Virus record (IMG/VR): IMGVR_UViG_3300037423_000513
Coordinates: 1 to 56,770 of that record
Reading direction: 5' to 3' (one strand)
Origin: a virus
Lineage: Duplodnaviria > Caudoviricetes
Length of the DNA: 56,770 bases
A program made the translations under genes and the position numbers. Every line of letters starts with the position of its first letter. The stretch's first letter is position 1. Below are positions 27,441 through 36,177 of the stretch, in pieces. The notes beneath the pieces are model-generated. The model was not told the DNA's origin and ran no database searches. It saw nothing but the letters and a program-made list of their open reading frames with translations.

Positions 27441-27611
27441 ATGCCGAACAATCGCGAAGTCGACAAGCCGGAACAACTGGAGGCGAAAGTGCTGCAAAAC
27501 TTGCGGATGATGACGCCCGAGGCGCGAGCAGAGCTGCTTGCCATCTCAGCGCTTTACGTTGAATCATTTCCGCTGCACCCCATTCTCCGCCTGATTCGAT
27601 CCAGTAGCTGA
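27441..27611 (+). CDS. 56-aa putative antirepressor resembling the cI C-terminal domain
   Basis: Read manually: MPNNREVDKPEQLEAKVLQNLRMMTPEARAELLAISALYVESFPLHPILRLIRSSS; AGGTG RBS; converges on and overlaps the cI 3' end. Confidence 0.55.
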   Translation: MPNNREVDKPEQLEAKVLQNLRMMTPEARAELLAISALYVESFPLHPILRLIRSSS

Positions 27612-28046
27612 GTTTTCTTCTGTTGTATCTTCTGCAGTACTTACCAGGCCAGCTGCAATCTTCATATAGCTCATCGCAACGCTCTGCTTGTGCTTAGTAA
27701 GGCTTCGGTACAAGTCAAGCAGCCTAGCCTCGTCTGCATCAACTCGTTGCAGCCAGGTTTCGTTCACTACAGGTGGTGGGGTGGCTACAGGAATCTCCGT
27801 GACCTTGGCAGATCCAGCGCGAGGCGGCTCGCCAGTCCCCTCGTGAAGCCACTCAAACGAGACATTACAAGCTCTAGCCAACTTACGGAGCGTATCCGTT
27901 TCAGGTCCCTGCTTAGTCGGTCCCTTCAGGATTCTGTTGATTGTCGGCTGAGGTACGCCCGACAAGCGCGCCAGCGCATTTTGAGAAAAGCCAGCTTTCC
28001 TCATCGCCTCATCAAGCCGAGTTGACACTGTTGATGGATTGTTCAT
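27564..28046 (-). CDS. cI: cI-like XRE HTH repressor lacking an S24 autoprotease domain
   Basis: SQNALARLSGVPQPTINRIL HTH; short helical C-terminus; divergent from cro. Confidence 0.85.
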   Translation of the reverse strand: MNNPSTVSTRLDEAMRKAGFSQNALARLSGVPQPTINRILKGPTKQGPETDTLRKLARACNVSFEWLHEGTGEPPRAGSAKVTEIPVATPPPVVNETWLQRVDADEARLLDLYRSLTKHKQSVAMSYMKIAAGLVSTAEDTTEENSATGSNQAENGVQRK

Positions 28047-28053
28047 CGCGCGA

Positions 28054-28132
28054 TTATCCACGTGCGTATATGTGTCGCGCAAATTTCTATCCAAGCGCGT
28101 ATTGACTTTCCAATCCAAGCGCGTATAGTTAG
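28054..28132 (+). promoter_or_regulatory. PR promoter and three operators
   Basis: TTGACT (28102-28107), TATAGT (28124-28129); ATCCAAGCGCGTAT x2 plus ATCCACGTGCGTAT; near-identical to the PL block. Confidence 0.85.
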
Positions 28133-28137
28133 GGCGT

Positions 28138-28350
28138 ATGGACAAAGACATCGCGACCCTCCTAGAGGAAATCAGAACTGCATCGGGCTGGAGTCAGGCC
28201 AGGATCGCTTGCGAACTTGGCACTACGCAGCCAACCGTAAATCGCCTTCTTCATGGGCAGTCGGATTGCAAGGCAAGCACCTTGATTGCTATCCGAGCAC
28301 TGCATCAAACACTCATGAGGCGGCGTCGTAGAAGGAACGGTCCGCACTAG
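28138..28350 (+). CDS. cro: Cro-like HTH protein
   Basis: WSQARIACELGTTQPTVNRLL HTH; first gene after PR, short or no leader. Confidence 0.8.
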   Translation: MDKDIATLLEEIRTASGWSQARIACELGTTQPTVNRLLHGQSDCKASTLIAIRALHQTLMRRRRRRNGPH

Positions 28351-28418
28351 CAAAGCACTCCATAGCAATCCCAGTAGTAGCAGTCACCCATCCTTGTAGT
28401 CCGTCATAGGAGCAGTGA

Positions 28419-28676
28419 ATGAAGAACCCGAGGAATGTTGTTGTGAAGGCTCTGTTCAACGCCGACGAATTTGTGGCCTTGAACGATGCATGCGCCAGAG
28501 AGGACGTGTCACACAGCAGGCTCCTTCGGAAGTTGGCGATGGAATTTGTGAAGCAACGCCAGTCTACCGAAGTTGCAAGCACAGAGAAATGTGCAGGCCC
28601 TGGCCAAAAGCTGGCCATGCCAAATCCGCACTCCAGGGTGAACTACGGCATAGCGCCGGTGCGGTTAAGGGTTTGA
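28419..28676 (+). CDS. RHH-like regulator at the cII position
   Basis: VVVKALFNADEFVALNDACAREDVSHSRLLRKL; AGGAG RBS. Confidence 0.5.
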   Translation: MKNPRNVVVKALFNADEFVALNDACAREDVSHSRLLRKLAMEFVKQRQSTEVASTEKCAGPGQKLAMPNPHSRVNYGIAPVRLRV

Positions 28677-28783
28677 GGCAGCGATGTACGCATGGCGTGG
28701 CTGATTCCCGGTTAGGCGGGAATGTCCTTGAAACAAGGAGCCCGCCATAGCGCGGGCTTCCGATTACATAACACGGGAGGGTT

Positions 28784-28969
28784 ATGACAGAGGAAACCCA
28801 AACAGCACTTGAGAGAAAAGTAGTGCGTTACGCCCGCTTGTGGCGAGAGACCGAAAAATCGGCGATATGCGCTACCAAGGAGCAGAAAGAAACCGCGAAC
28901 ACGAAGCATTGGGAAGCAAAAGTAGCTCTTCGCGATGCCGTCGACAGACTGACCAGGAGCGAGTCATGA
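28784..28969 (+). CDS. Hypothetical protein
   Basis: GGGAGG RBS, ATGA-coupled to next gene. Confidence 0.55.
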   Translation: MTEETQTALERKVVRYARLWRETEKSAICATKEQKETANTKHWEAKVALRDAVDRLTRSES

Positions 28970-29274
28970 GTTTGAACCAGTTCACCTCGCGTAGCCGCGA
29001 TGAAGTGCTCGAAACGATCCAGCGTATGCCGAACATCACGGCAGGCGAGATCGCCAAGGAAGTCGGCCTATCGTCCGGCCGCGTCTTGTCGATCCTGTCC
29101 GAGCTGAAGGAACAGGGACGCATCGACTGGAAGATGCTGCCGCCCGAGCAAGGCATCCGCAACAACCCGCGCCGCGGTTATTTCGTCGGCGAGTACCGGG
29201 GTTCGGCAATCCCGAAGGCATGGGACGTCCTTGCGCACTTCTTCGGCCGCTTCGCAGAACCAGCAGCAGCGTAA
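28966..29274 (+). CDS. Winged-HTH protein
   Basis: ITAGEIAKEVGLSSGRVLSILSELKEQGRI. Confidence 0.7.
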   Translation: MSLNQFTSRSRDEVLETIQRMPNITAGEIAKEVGLSSGRVLSILSELKEQGRIDWKMLPPEQGIRNNPRRGYFVGEYRGSAIPKAWDVLAHFFGRFAEPAAA

Positions 29275-29391
29275 TCAAGCCCGATGGCGCGGCACCAACA
29301 CCGCGCCATCTTTTTCACCAGCGGGAGTCACCATGCAACGTTTTGAGCAAAGCTTTCCTGATCGTCGCGACAGCCTGGTGCGGGGCATGCC

Positions 29392-29841
29392 ATGACCACG
29401 TTACGCATCGCTCGTTCGGCGCCGATGAAGCGCACGAAACCGCTGCAACAGAAGACTCCCTTGAAGCGTACCGGCTTCCTGCGCCGCGCCAAGGAGCAGA
29501 TTACCAAGCGCGTCACTGGCTTGAAGACTCGCGGCCCAAAGATGACGCCTATCCGTCGAGCCGCACGCAACCAGGACTGCCAGCTGCAGATCCTTGGCGT
29601 CTGCAACGGCGACCCGGCCACCACCGTCCTCTGCCACTCCAACCTGCTCGCTGCTGGTAAGGGCATGGGCCTGAAGGCGCCAGATACAGAGGCGTGCTTC
29701 GGTTGCTCGTCCTGCCATGACGTTCTCGACGGCCGCGCCAAGCGTCCTGCAGGCATGACGATCGACGACCTCCACGAACTCTTTGCTTATGCGCGCGAGC
29801 GTACCCACGCCATTCTGCGCGCCAAGGGGCTGATGTGCTGA
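29392..29841 (+). CDS. YbcO/DUF1364-like nuclease-domain protein
   Basis: ARNQDCQLQILGVCNGDPATTVLCH...GMGLKAPD...CSSCHD. Confidence 0.8.
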   Translation: MTTLRIARSAPMKRTKPLQQKTPLKRTGFLRRAKEQITKRVTGLKTRGPKMTPIRRAARNQDCQLQILGVCNGDPATTVLCHSNLLAAGKGMGLKAPDTEACFGCSSCHDVLDGRAKRPAGMTIDDLHELFAYARERTHAILRAKGLMC

Positions 29842-30074
29842 CCTACGAAGTCAAAGGCCCGACCGAGAGCGGCCATTACCTGGTTGGCTACCCGACGCCG
29901 GGTGCTGAACATGTCTTCACGCTGGCCGGCTGCGCTACGAATGAGGCGCTTGCTAAGCGCGAGTGCGCGCGTCTGAACGAAGAGCAGGTGGTCGACCGCC
30001 GCCAGAGCATCGTCCGCACCGCAAATACGATTTCCAACGACCTGCGCTCCGAGGCAGAAGGGAGCGAGCCATGA
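29835..30074 (+). CDS. Hypothetical protein
   Basis: Coupled ORF between neighbours. Confidence 0.45.
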   Translation: MLTYEVKGPTESGHYLVGYPTPGAEHVFTLAGCATNEALAKRECARLNEEQVVDRRQSIVRTANTISNDLRSEAEGSEP

Positions 30075-30877
30075 ATTTCTATCCGTTCCACCTGGGCGAC
30101 TACGCCGCCCACACGCGTCACCTGAGCCTTATGGAAGACCTGGCGTACCGCCGCATGCTCGACCTGTACTACACATCTGAAGCACCGCTGCCAGCCGATC
30201 CTGCAAAGGTGGCCCGTCTGATCGGTATGCGCGACTACATGCAAGAAGTGACCGATGTGCTGTCTGAGTTCTTTGTGAAATCAGATGCAGGTTACAAGAG
30301 CGCGCGCTGCGAGCGTGAAATCGAAGCATACAAGGCAAAGGCGGAGAGGGCGAAATCTGCAAACAAGGCGCGTTGGAATGCGAAGCATGACGGGGAAGGA
30401 TCTAAGCCTGATCTGAAACCAGATGCGAAGTCAGATGTTAAATCAGATGCGGATCAGGTCCCAACCAATAACCAAAAACCATTACCAGAAGAAGAACCCC
30501 CCAAACCCCCCGTTGGGGGGCTCACTGTGGTCGCCAAGCCCGAAAGCAAACCCAAGACCCGCGGCGTCGCCCTGAAGACCTTCCTTGCTGACTGCAAGGC
30601 GAACGACATTCGACCGATCCGCGACTACGAACCGCTGTGGACCTACACCCGCACTGCCAAACTGCCTGACGACTTTGTCGCCCTGGCCTGGGTCGAGTTT
30701 TGCCGGCGCTTTGGTGCTGGAGGCGTGAAGGAGGCGAACGTGCAGAAGGACTGGCGCAAGACGTTCCGGAATTACGTCGAGAACAACTACCTGAAGCTCT
30801 GGGCGGTCAATGCCGATGGCGAGTATTACCTGACCACGCAGGGCAAGCAGGCTCAAACCGTAGCGGAGGCAGCATGA
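30071..30877 (+). CDS. Replication initiator, YdaU/DUF1376 family
   Basis: MNFYPFHLGDYAAHTRHLSLMEDLAYRRMLDLYY signature; internal iterons. Confidence 0.85.
   Translation: MNFYPFHLGDYAAHTRHLSLMEDLAYRRMLDLYYTSEAPLPADPAKVARLIGMRDYMQEVTDVLSEFFVKSDAGYKSARCEREIEAYKAKAERAKSANKARWNAKHDGEGSKPDLKPDAKSDVKSDADQVPTNNQKPLPEEEPPKPPVGGLTVVAKPESKPKTRGVALKTFLADCKANDIRPIRDYEPLWTYTRTAKLPDDFVALAWVEFCRRFGAGGVKEANVQKDWRKTFRNYVENNYLKLWAVNADGEYYLTTQGKQAQTVAEAA
30401..30520. other. Probable replication origin (iterons inside initiator gene)
   Basis: Four 12-bp units ending CAGAT/CTGAT at 30401-30448, then an A/C-rich tract and a C/G hairpin. Confidence 0.6.
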
Positions 30878-31599
30878 ATCATCAAGCCGCAATGATCGGC
30901 AACGCCACGCTATACCACGGCGACTGTCTCCAGATTCTTTCAAGCTTGGACAAAGTTGACGCGGTGATCGCCGATCCACCCTACGGCATCAACTTAGGCA
31001 AGATCAGCGGTGCCGGCCGTAACCGCTGGAATGAGGGCACGAACTACGGCTTCAACATCATCGGCGATGACCATGATTTCGATCCGACGCCGTGGCTCGG
31101 CTTTGGCAAGGTCGTGCTCTTCGGCGGCAATCATTTCGGCAGCCGTCTGCCTGATGCCTCCTGCTGGCTGATCTGGGATAAGCGTGATGGCGGCACGTCC
31201 GACAGCTGCGCCGACTGCGAATTAGCTTGGACAAACTTGAAGGGCCCGGCCCGCCTGTTCTCGCAGAAGTGGCGCGGCATGGTGCGCAGCGGCGAAGAGA
31301 ACGTTTCGCGCGGCGCGGTACGCCTGCACCCAGCACAAAAGCCTGTCGCGATGCTGGCCTGGGTCATTGAGCAGTGCAAGCTTCCGGCAGGGGCCGTCAT
31401 TCTCGACCCCTACATGGGCAGCGCCTCGCTCGGCATCGCTGCGCTGCGCGGCGGGTACCGCTATATCGGCATCGACATCGAGCGCCGCTGGTTTGACGTC
31501 GCATGCGCTCGCCTCGAGCAAGAAGTCTCACAAGGGCAGCTCTTCACTCCAGAGCAGATCAAGCAAGAGCAGTTAGGGATATTTGGAGAACTTGCATGA
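30874..31599 (+). CDS. N6-adenine/N4-cytosine DNA methyltransferase, beta class
   Basis: DPPY, HPAQKP and DPYMGS motifs. Confidence 0.9.
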   Translation: MNHQAAMIGNATLYHGDCLQILSSLDKVDAVIADPPYGINLGKISGAGRNRWNEGTNYGFNIIGDDHDFDPTPWLGFGKVVLFGGNHFGSRLPDASCWLIWDKRDGGTSDSCADCELAWTNLKGPARLFSQKWRGMVRSGEENVSRGAVRLHPAQKPVAMLAWVIEQCKLPAGAVILDPYMGSASLGIAALRGGYRYIGIDIERRWFDVACARLEQEVSQGQLFTPEQIKQEQLGIFGELA

Positions 31600-32948
31600 G
31601 CGACATCAAACCGCCACCGCACAGCATCGAGGCCGAGCAGAGCGTCATCGGCGCCCTGTTACGCGACAACGACGCCATCGACCGCATGGGTGACCTGCGC
31701 TCCGAGCACTTCTACCTGGGCGACCACCAGGTCATCTTCGCCGAACTGATCAAGCAACTGAACGCCGGCCGCTCCTGCGACGTCATCTCGCTGATGGTCG
31801 CACTCGACGGCAAGATCAGCGAGCCCGGCAAGTACCTGAACCAGATGGCGCAGAACACGCCGTCATCGGCCAGCATCGGGCGCTACGCCGCGATCGTGCG
31901 CGACAAGGCTGTCAAGCGTGGCCTGATCGGCTTCGGGCGCGACACCGCAGATTTGGCGCTCAATTCGCCCGAAGACTCCGGCGCACTGGTCGACCGCGCA
32001 TCGTCGCGCCTGGAGCAGCTGGCCGTATCTCGCATCACCGTAGAACCCGTCCGCGCTGGCGACGAAATGGCCGCGCACATCGACCTGCTGCAAAAACGCG
32101 AGGCGGGCGGCGTCAAGGCGATCCCGACCGGCTACGAGGATGTCGACACGAAGTTGAGCGGGGGACTGCACCGCGGCTGCCTGTACGTGGTCGCTGGCCG
32201 CCCGAAGATGGGTAAGACCGCATTCGTCCTCAACATTGCCAACAACGTGGCTGAGGAATACTCAGTCGCAATCCTGTCGATGGAAATGCCGAAGAGCCAA
32301 ATCCACGACCGGAACCTTGCGAGCCTCGGCAAAATCCCCTTGCAGCACGTGGTCGAGCCGAAGTACATGACCGACGCGGACTGGGCCGGACTGACCGCCG
32401 CAACCCTCAAGATCGATCGCCTGCACCTGTACCTCGACGACCAGGGTGGTTTGCGTCTGCTGGACGTGCGCATGAAGGCCAAGGGCGTCAAGCGCCGGCA
32501 CGGTCTGGACCTCCTGATCATCGACTACCTGCAACTCATGGAAGGCGACGGCGACAACCGCAACGCGCAGATCGAAGGCATCACGCGCGGCCTGAAGTCG
32601 CTCTCCAAGGAACTCGACATTGCGGTGGTCCTGCTGTCGCAGCTGAATCGCAAGCTCGAGGAGCGCCCGAACAAGCGCCCGCAGCCATCCGACCTGCGCG
32701 ACTCCGGTGCCATCGAGCAGGACGCCGACGCAGTGATCTTCCTGTATCGCGATGAGGTCTACAACCCCGATTCGATCGACAAGGGCATCTGCGAGGTCGA
32801 CATAGCTCTTTGCCGCCAGGGCGCGCCGGGCAGGGTGGCTTTGACCTACCTGGGCGAGTACACGCGATTCGAGAACTGCGCCAGGTGGGTCCAGAGAGCG
32901 CCTGAAGACAGGCGCAAGCCGGGTAACGGGCTGTCGAAATATCTGTGA
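31596..32948 (+). CDS. dnaB: DnaB-like replicative helicase
   Basis: PPHSIEAEQSVIG, GRPKMGKT, DYLQL, SQLNR, DLRDSGAIEQDAD. Confidence 0.95.
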   Translation: MSDIKPPPHSIEAEQSVIGALLRDNDAIDRMGDLRSEHFYLGDHQVIFAELIKQLNAGRSCDVISLMVALDGKISEPGKYLNQMAQNTPSSASIGRYAAIVRDKAVKRGLIGFGRDTADLALNSPEDSGALVDRASSRLEQLAVSRITVEPVRAGDEMAAHIDLLQKREAGGVKAIPTGYEDVDTKLSGGLHRGCLYVVAGRPKMGKTAFVLNIANNVAEEYSVAILSMEMPKSQIHDRNLASLGKIPLQHVVEPKYMTDADWAGLTAATLKIDRLHLYLDDQGGLRLLDVRMKAKGVKRRHGLDLLIIDYLQLMEGDGDNRNAQIEGITRGLKSLSKELDIAVVLLSQLNRKLEERPNKRPQPSDLRDSGAIEQDADAVIFLYRDEVYNPDSIDKGICEVDIALCRQGAPGRVALTYLGEYTRFENCARWVQRAPEDRRKPGNGLSKYL

Positions 32949-33002
32949 GATGTAGCTAGACAATTTCGCGCGTGAGCGCATAACAACAACGAGGAGCTAA
33001 AC

Positions 33003-33554
33003 ATGGGACTGGATATCACCGCCTACAAAGGCATCGAAAAAGTTGACTGCGTATTCGATGAAGATGGGCAGCCGCTTAATCCGATCACGCGCGAGGCGCT
33101 CGACTACGGCGACGATTATGTCACGCAGGCTTTCATTAATTCAGACTACCCAGAGCGCGCAGAAGGCGTCGTGCATAAGGGCGTCTACAGGGCTAAGGAC
33201 AGCATGGGTTTCCGTGCCGGTAGTTACAGCGGTTACAACGGCTGGCGCGAAGATTTAGCGAAGCTAGCTGGGTACCCGGCAACGGCCTTCACCGCTTATG
33301 GCCGAACCACCCATCGTCACGACGCCGGCGCGTGGGCAGCGAGCGAAGGGCCATTCTGGGAGTTGATTTGCTTCAGTGACTGCGAGGGGGTGATCGGGCC
33401 CGTCGTTAGCGCAAAGCTTGCTAGAGACTTCGCCGAATGGGATGAGCGTGCCAAAGCGTACAGCGAAGGCCCGAGCTGGTTTTACGAGCGCTTCCAAGAA
33501 TGGCGCGCGGCCTTCGAGATGGCTGCTGACAGCGGCATGGTCAACTTCCATTGA
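33003..33554 (+). CDS. Conserved phage hypothetical protein
   Basis: MGLDI start, FRAGSYSGYN and FSDCEG motifs; GAGGAG RBS. Confidence 0.7.
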   Translation: MGLDITAYKGIEKVDCVFDEDGQPLNPITREALDYGDDYVTQAFINSDYPERAEGVVHKGVYRAKDSMGFRAGSYSGYNGWREDLAKLAGYPATAFTAYGRTTHRHDAGAWAASEGPFWELICFSDCEGVIGPVVSAKLARDFAEWDERAKAYSEGPSWFYERFQEWRAAFEMAADSGMVNFH

Positions 33555-33567
33555 TCGAGGATCGATC

Positions 33568-33993
33568 ATGAGTACAAAGAACCGCACTATCGACAGGCGC
33601 CACATGATCGTCCCGATCGCTCGACTGGCCGGCAAACAGCGGGTAGGGCAGGAAGACGCCGACGATCTGACTTTGCCAACCCTGATCTACCTAGACGCCG
33701 CAAAGCGAGGTGTCTGCCCACACGCCGGCTACAACTCGCTGGCGACGACTTTGCTCGCCGCTGCCAGCATCGCATCGCAGACGCAGTCCAAGCGCTTCTA
33801 CGACATGGTGCATAGCGCCTACAACATGCTTGTAAAAGCCGGCTTGCGTCCGACGCCGCTGCTCGACCTGACGACGACCGAGTACCAGTCAATCCGCTCG
33901 GCGATCGCGTGGTACGTGCGCTCGCTGCCAGTGATCGAGATCGGCGTTCTGAGCTGGGCCTATGCCCGCGCACAGGCAATGATGGCGCACTGA
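33568..33993 (+). CDS. Hypothetical protein
   Basis: GAGG RBS; nin-region ORF. Confidence 0.6.
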   Translation: MSTKNRTIDRRHMIVPIARLAGKQRVGQEDADDLTLPTLIYLDAAKRGVCPHAGYNSLATTLLAAASIASQTQSKRFYDMVHSAYNMLVKAGLRPTPLLDLTTTEYQSIRSAIAWYVRSLPVIEIGVLSWAYARAQAMMAH

Positions 33994-34003
33994 GGAGTGT
34001 CAG

Positions 34004-34426
34004 ATGGGTGCATCCAAACGTAATGAAGTCCTTGCGGCCCTGCGAACAGCCGAGCAGGAATCGACCTGCCCACACCAGAAGGGTGATGGAACTGCCATGC
34101 GCATCCACCGCGAAACCGGAATGGGCGAGCAGAACGTGCGCAACCATCTCCAGAAGCTGGCAGTAGCCGGAGAAGCGCACATCTTCTGCTGGACCGAGGG
34201 TCATTCGACCGCACCAGTATGGGTGTCCGGCCCTGGTGAGAATGCCCCGAAGCCTGCACCGATGACCGCAGAGGAACTCAATGCGCGCAAAAGGGAGTCG
34301 CGTAGAAGGTGTGATCGGGAAGAAGTAAGGGAGCCGGGTTGGGCAAAACGTGCGACGTACGAGTGCATAGAGCGTGTACGCCAAGTCCCGCAATCGTGGT
34401 GCTCGCCATTAATGGGTGCCGTATGA
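34004..34426 (+). CDS. HTH-containing hypothetical protein
   Basis: TAMRIHRETGMGEQNVRNHLQKL; GAGGAG RBS. Confidence 0.6.
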   Translation: MGASKRNEVLAALRTAEQESTCPHQKGDGTAMRIHRETGMGEQNVRNHLQKLAVAGEAHIFCWTEGHSTAPVWVSGPGENAPKPAPMTAEELNARKRESRRRCDREEVREPGWAKRATYECIERVRQVPQSWCSPLMGAV

Positions 34427-34650
34427 GTCTCTACGGATGCCACAACAAGCCGCGGCCAACTAGCAAAACGACACATCTGGCGCAAAGCGGCTACGTCGAC
34501 AGTTGGAAGCCGGAGTATGTCGCAACCGCACGCACGCCGGTATGGATCGTGGTGCCGCATGTGATGAGCACCGATTGCAAGTACACCCAGCAGCACGCCA
34601 GCGATCCGCAGTGCTCGGGGTGCGTGCACAAGAGCAAGGAGGAAGCGTGA
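34423..34650 (+). CDS. Small Cys-rich protein
   Basis: MSLYGCHN...CKY...DPQCSGC; coupled both sides. Confidence 0.6.
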   Translation: MSLYGCHNKPRPTSKTTHLAQSGYVDSWKPEYVATARTPVWIVVPHVMSTDCKYTQQHASDPQCSGCVHKSKEEA

Positions 34651-35486
34651 ATGAGTTGGCTCTTTTCGCAGGCGCTGGTGGAGGAATACTCGGCGGGCAC
34701 CTCCTTGGCTGGGAGACCAAGTGCGCAGTTGAACGTGACGCCTACGCAGCACAAGTTCTGGCGCAACGACAAAACGATGGAATCCTCGCGCCTTTCCCAA
34801 TTTGGTCTGACGTTACAACTTTTGACGGAAGACCTTGGAGAGGAATTATTGATGTCGTATCTGGCGGCTTCCCATGCCAGGACATCAGCGCAGCCGGCAA
34901 AGGCGCTGGAATTGATGGCGCCAGAAGCGGCATGTGGCATCACATGGCCCGCATCATTCGCGAAGTACGACCCAAACGCGGGGTCCTCGTGGAGAACTCA
35001 CCAGTTCTCACTTCTCGGGGGCTTGGACGAGTTCTCGGCGACTTGGCCGAGATGGGGTTCCATGCGGAATGGGGAGTCATATCTGCGCTCGACACCGATG
35101 CTCAGCATGAGCGAGAGCGCATCTGGATTGTGGCCTACCCCGACAGTATGCGGGAATTACAACCGACCAGGTGCAAGCCCGACAAGCGGGCTTGGTCTCG
35201 CATCGGCGGTGAGATACAACCCGTCAGGAAAACCGATCTGGCGCACACCGAATGCTTCGGATGCAAGCAAGTGGAACAAGGAAAGAATCGAGGACAGGGT
35301 TGCCAAAGGGCGTCAGATCCGTCTGAACAACCAGATCTCTCCCGATGGTTCCCAAGCTGGCCAGATGAACCCGGAGTGGGTCGAGTGGCTGATGGGGTGG
35401 CCCATCGGGTGGACCGAATTAAAGCCCTTGGCAATGGCCAGGTTCCGCGAGTGGCAGCAGCAGCATGGAGGATTTTGACGTCATGA
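34647..35486 (+). CDS. C5 cytosine methyltransferase, alpha frame (motifs I-VIII and X)
   Basis: FAGAGG, GGFPCQDIS, ENS, HERERIW and ALGNGQVP motifs; GTG start after AAGGAGG. Confidence 0.9.
   Translation: MNELALFAGAGGGILGGHLLGWETKCAVERDAYAAQVLAQRQNDGILAPFPIWSDVTTFDGRPWRGIIDVVSGGFPCQDISAAGKGAGIDGARSGMWHHMARIIREVRPKRGVLVENSPVLTSRGLGRVLGDLAEMGFHAEWGVISALDTDAQHERERIWIVAYPDSMRELQPTRCKPDKRAWSRIGGEIQPVRKTDLAHTECFGCKQVEQGKNRGQGCQRASDPSEQPDLSRWFPSWPDEPGVGRVADGVAHRVDRIKALGNGQVPRVAAAAWRILTS
34651..35478 (+). CDS. Overlapping beta-frame polypeptide (TRD-like segment plus motif IX)
   Basis: 275-codon open alternative frame; LWPTP, WRTP and MNPEWVEWLMGWPIGWT. Confidence 0.75.
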   Translation: MSWLFSQALVEEYSAGTSLAGRPSAQLNVTPTQHKFWRNDKTMESSRLSQFGLTLQLLTEDLGEELLMSYLAASHARTSAQPAKALELMAPEAACGITWPASFAKYDPNAGSSWRTHQFSLLGGLDEFSATWPRWGSMRNGESYLRSTPMLSMSESASGLWPTPTVCGNYNRPGASPTSGLGLASAVRYNPSGKPIWRTPNASDASKWNKERIEDRVAKGRQIRLNNQISPDGSQAGQMNPEWVEWLMGWPIGWTELKPLAMARFREWQQQHGGF

Positions 35487-35725
35487 GATGCCAGAACCCC
35501 GATCAAATCTGCGGCATGTGCGTCGACTTCACCCGAAAGGACGCAGAGCCGCAGTACACCGCCCTAGGCATGGGCCGGTGCCACGGCTACGACCAGGATG
35601 CCACGTCACCAGTGCGCTACGTCGCTTGGAACGAGAGCTGCATCCTGTTCGACAAGGACAAGGCCAACGTTCATACGCGTCGCCGGTTCGTCGAGAAGTG
35701 TCGCGCTGAAGGAGTAAGCGAATGA
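35483..35725 (+). CDS. Small Cys-rich hypothetical protein
   Basis: CGMC...GRC...C; ATGA-coupled. Confidence 0.55.
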   Translation: MRCQNPDQICGMCVDFTRKDAEPQYTALGMGRCHGYDQDATSPVRYVAWNESCILFDKDKANVHTRRRFVEKCRAEGVSE

Positions 35726-36177
35726 TCCTCGCAATCGACCCCGGCACTACGGAAAGCGGCTGGTGCATCTATGACGGCAAGCGCGTCGTCGACTCCGGCA
35801 TAACGGCGAATGCCGAGATGTTGTACGCGATCCCTTACGTCCCGGCCGACCGCCTCGCGATCGAGATGATTGCCTCCTATGGCATGGCTGTGGGTCGCGA
35901 GGTATTCGAGACCGTTTGGTGGATTGGGCGCTTCACCCAGGCCTATCACAAGCCCGAGGAAGTAATTCGCATCTACAGGCAGGAGGTCAAACTCTTCGTT
36001 TGTAAGGATACGCGCGCAAAGGATTCGAATATTCGCCAAGGCTTGATCGATATGCTCGGACCGCCAGGAACAAAGAAAAATCCAGGGCCGACATATGGGA
36101 TTAAGTCTCATGCGTGGGCGGCTTTAGGAGTTGCGGTGACTGCAGCATCAAAACTTGGAGTCAGCAGCCATGGATAG
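35722..36177 (+). CDS. RuvC-like Holliday junction resolvase
   Basis: ILAIDPG and AIEM acidic motifs, HAWAALGVA. Confidence 0.7.
   Translation: MILAIDPGTTESGWCIYDGKRVVDSGITANAEMLYAIPYVPADRLAIEMIASYGMAVGREVFETVWWIGRFTQAYHKPEEVIRIYRQEVKLFVCKDTRAKDSNIRQGLIDMLGPPGTKKNPGPTYGIKSHAWAALGVAVTAASKLGVSSHG

Noticed and set aside
28047-28151. N-terminal extension of cI in the ORF track
   Set aside because: It merely translates the operator/promoter repeats; the HTH domain starts at ATG 28046
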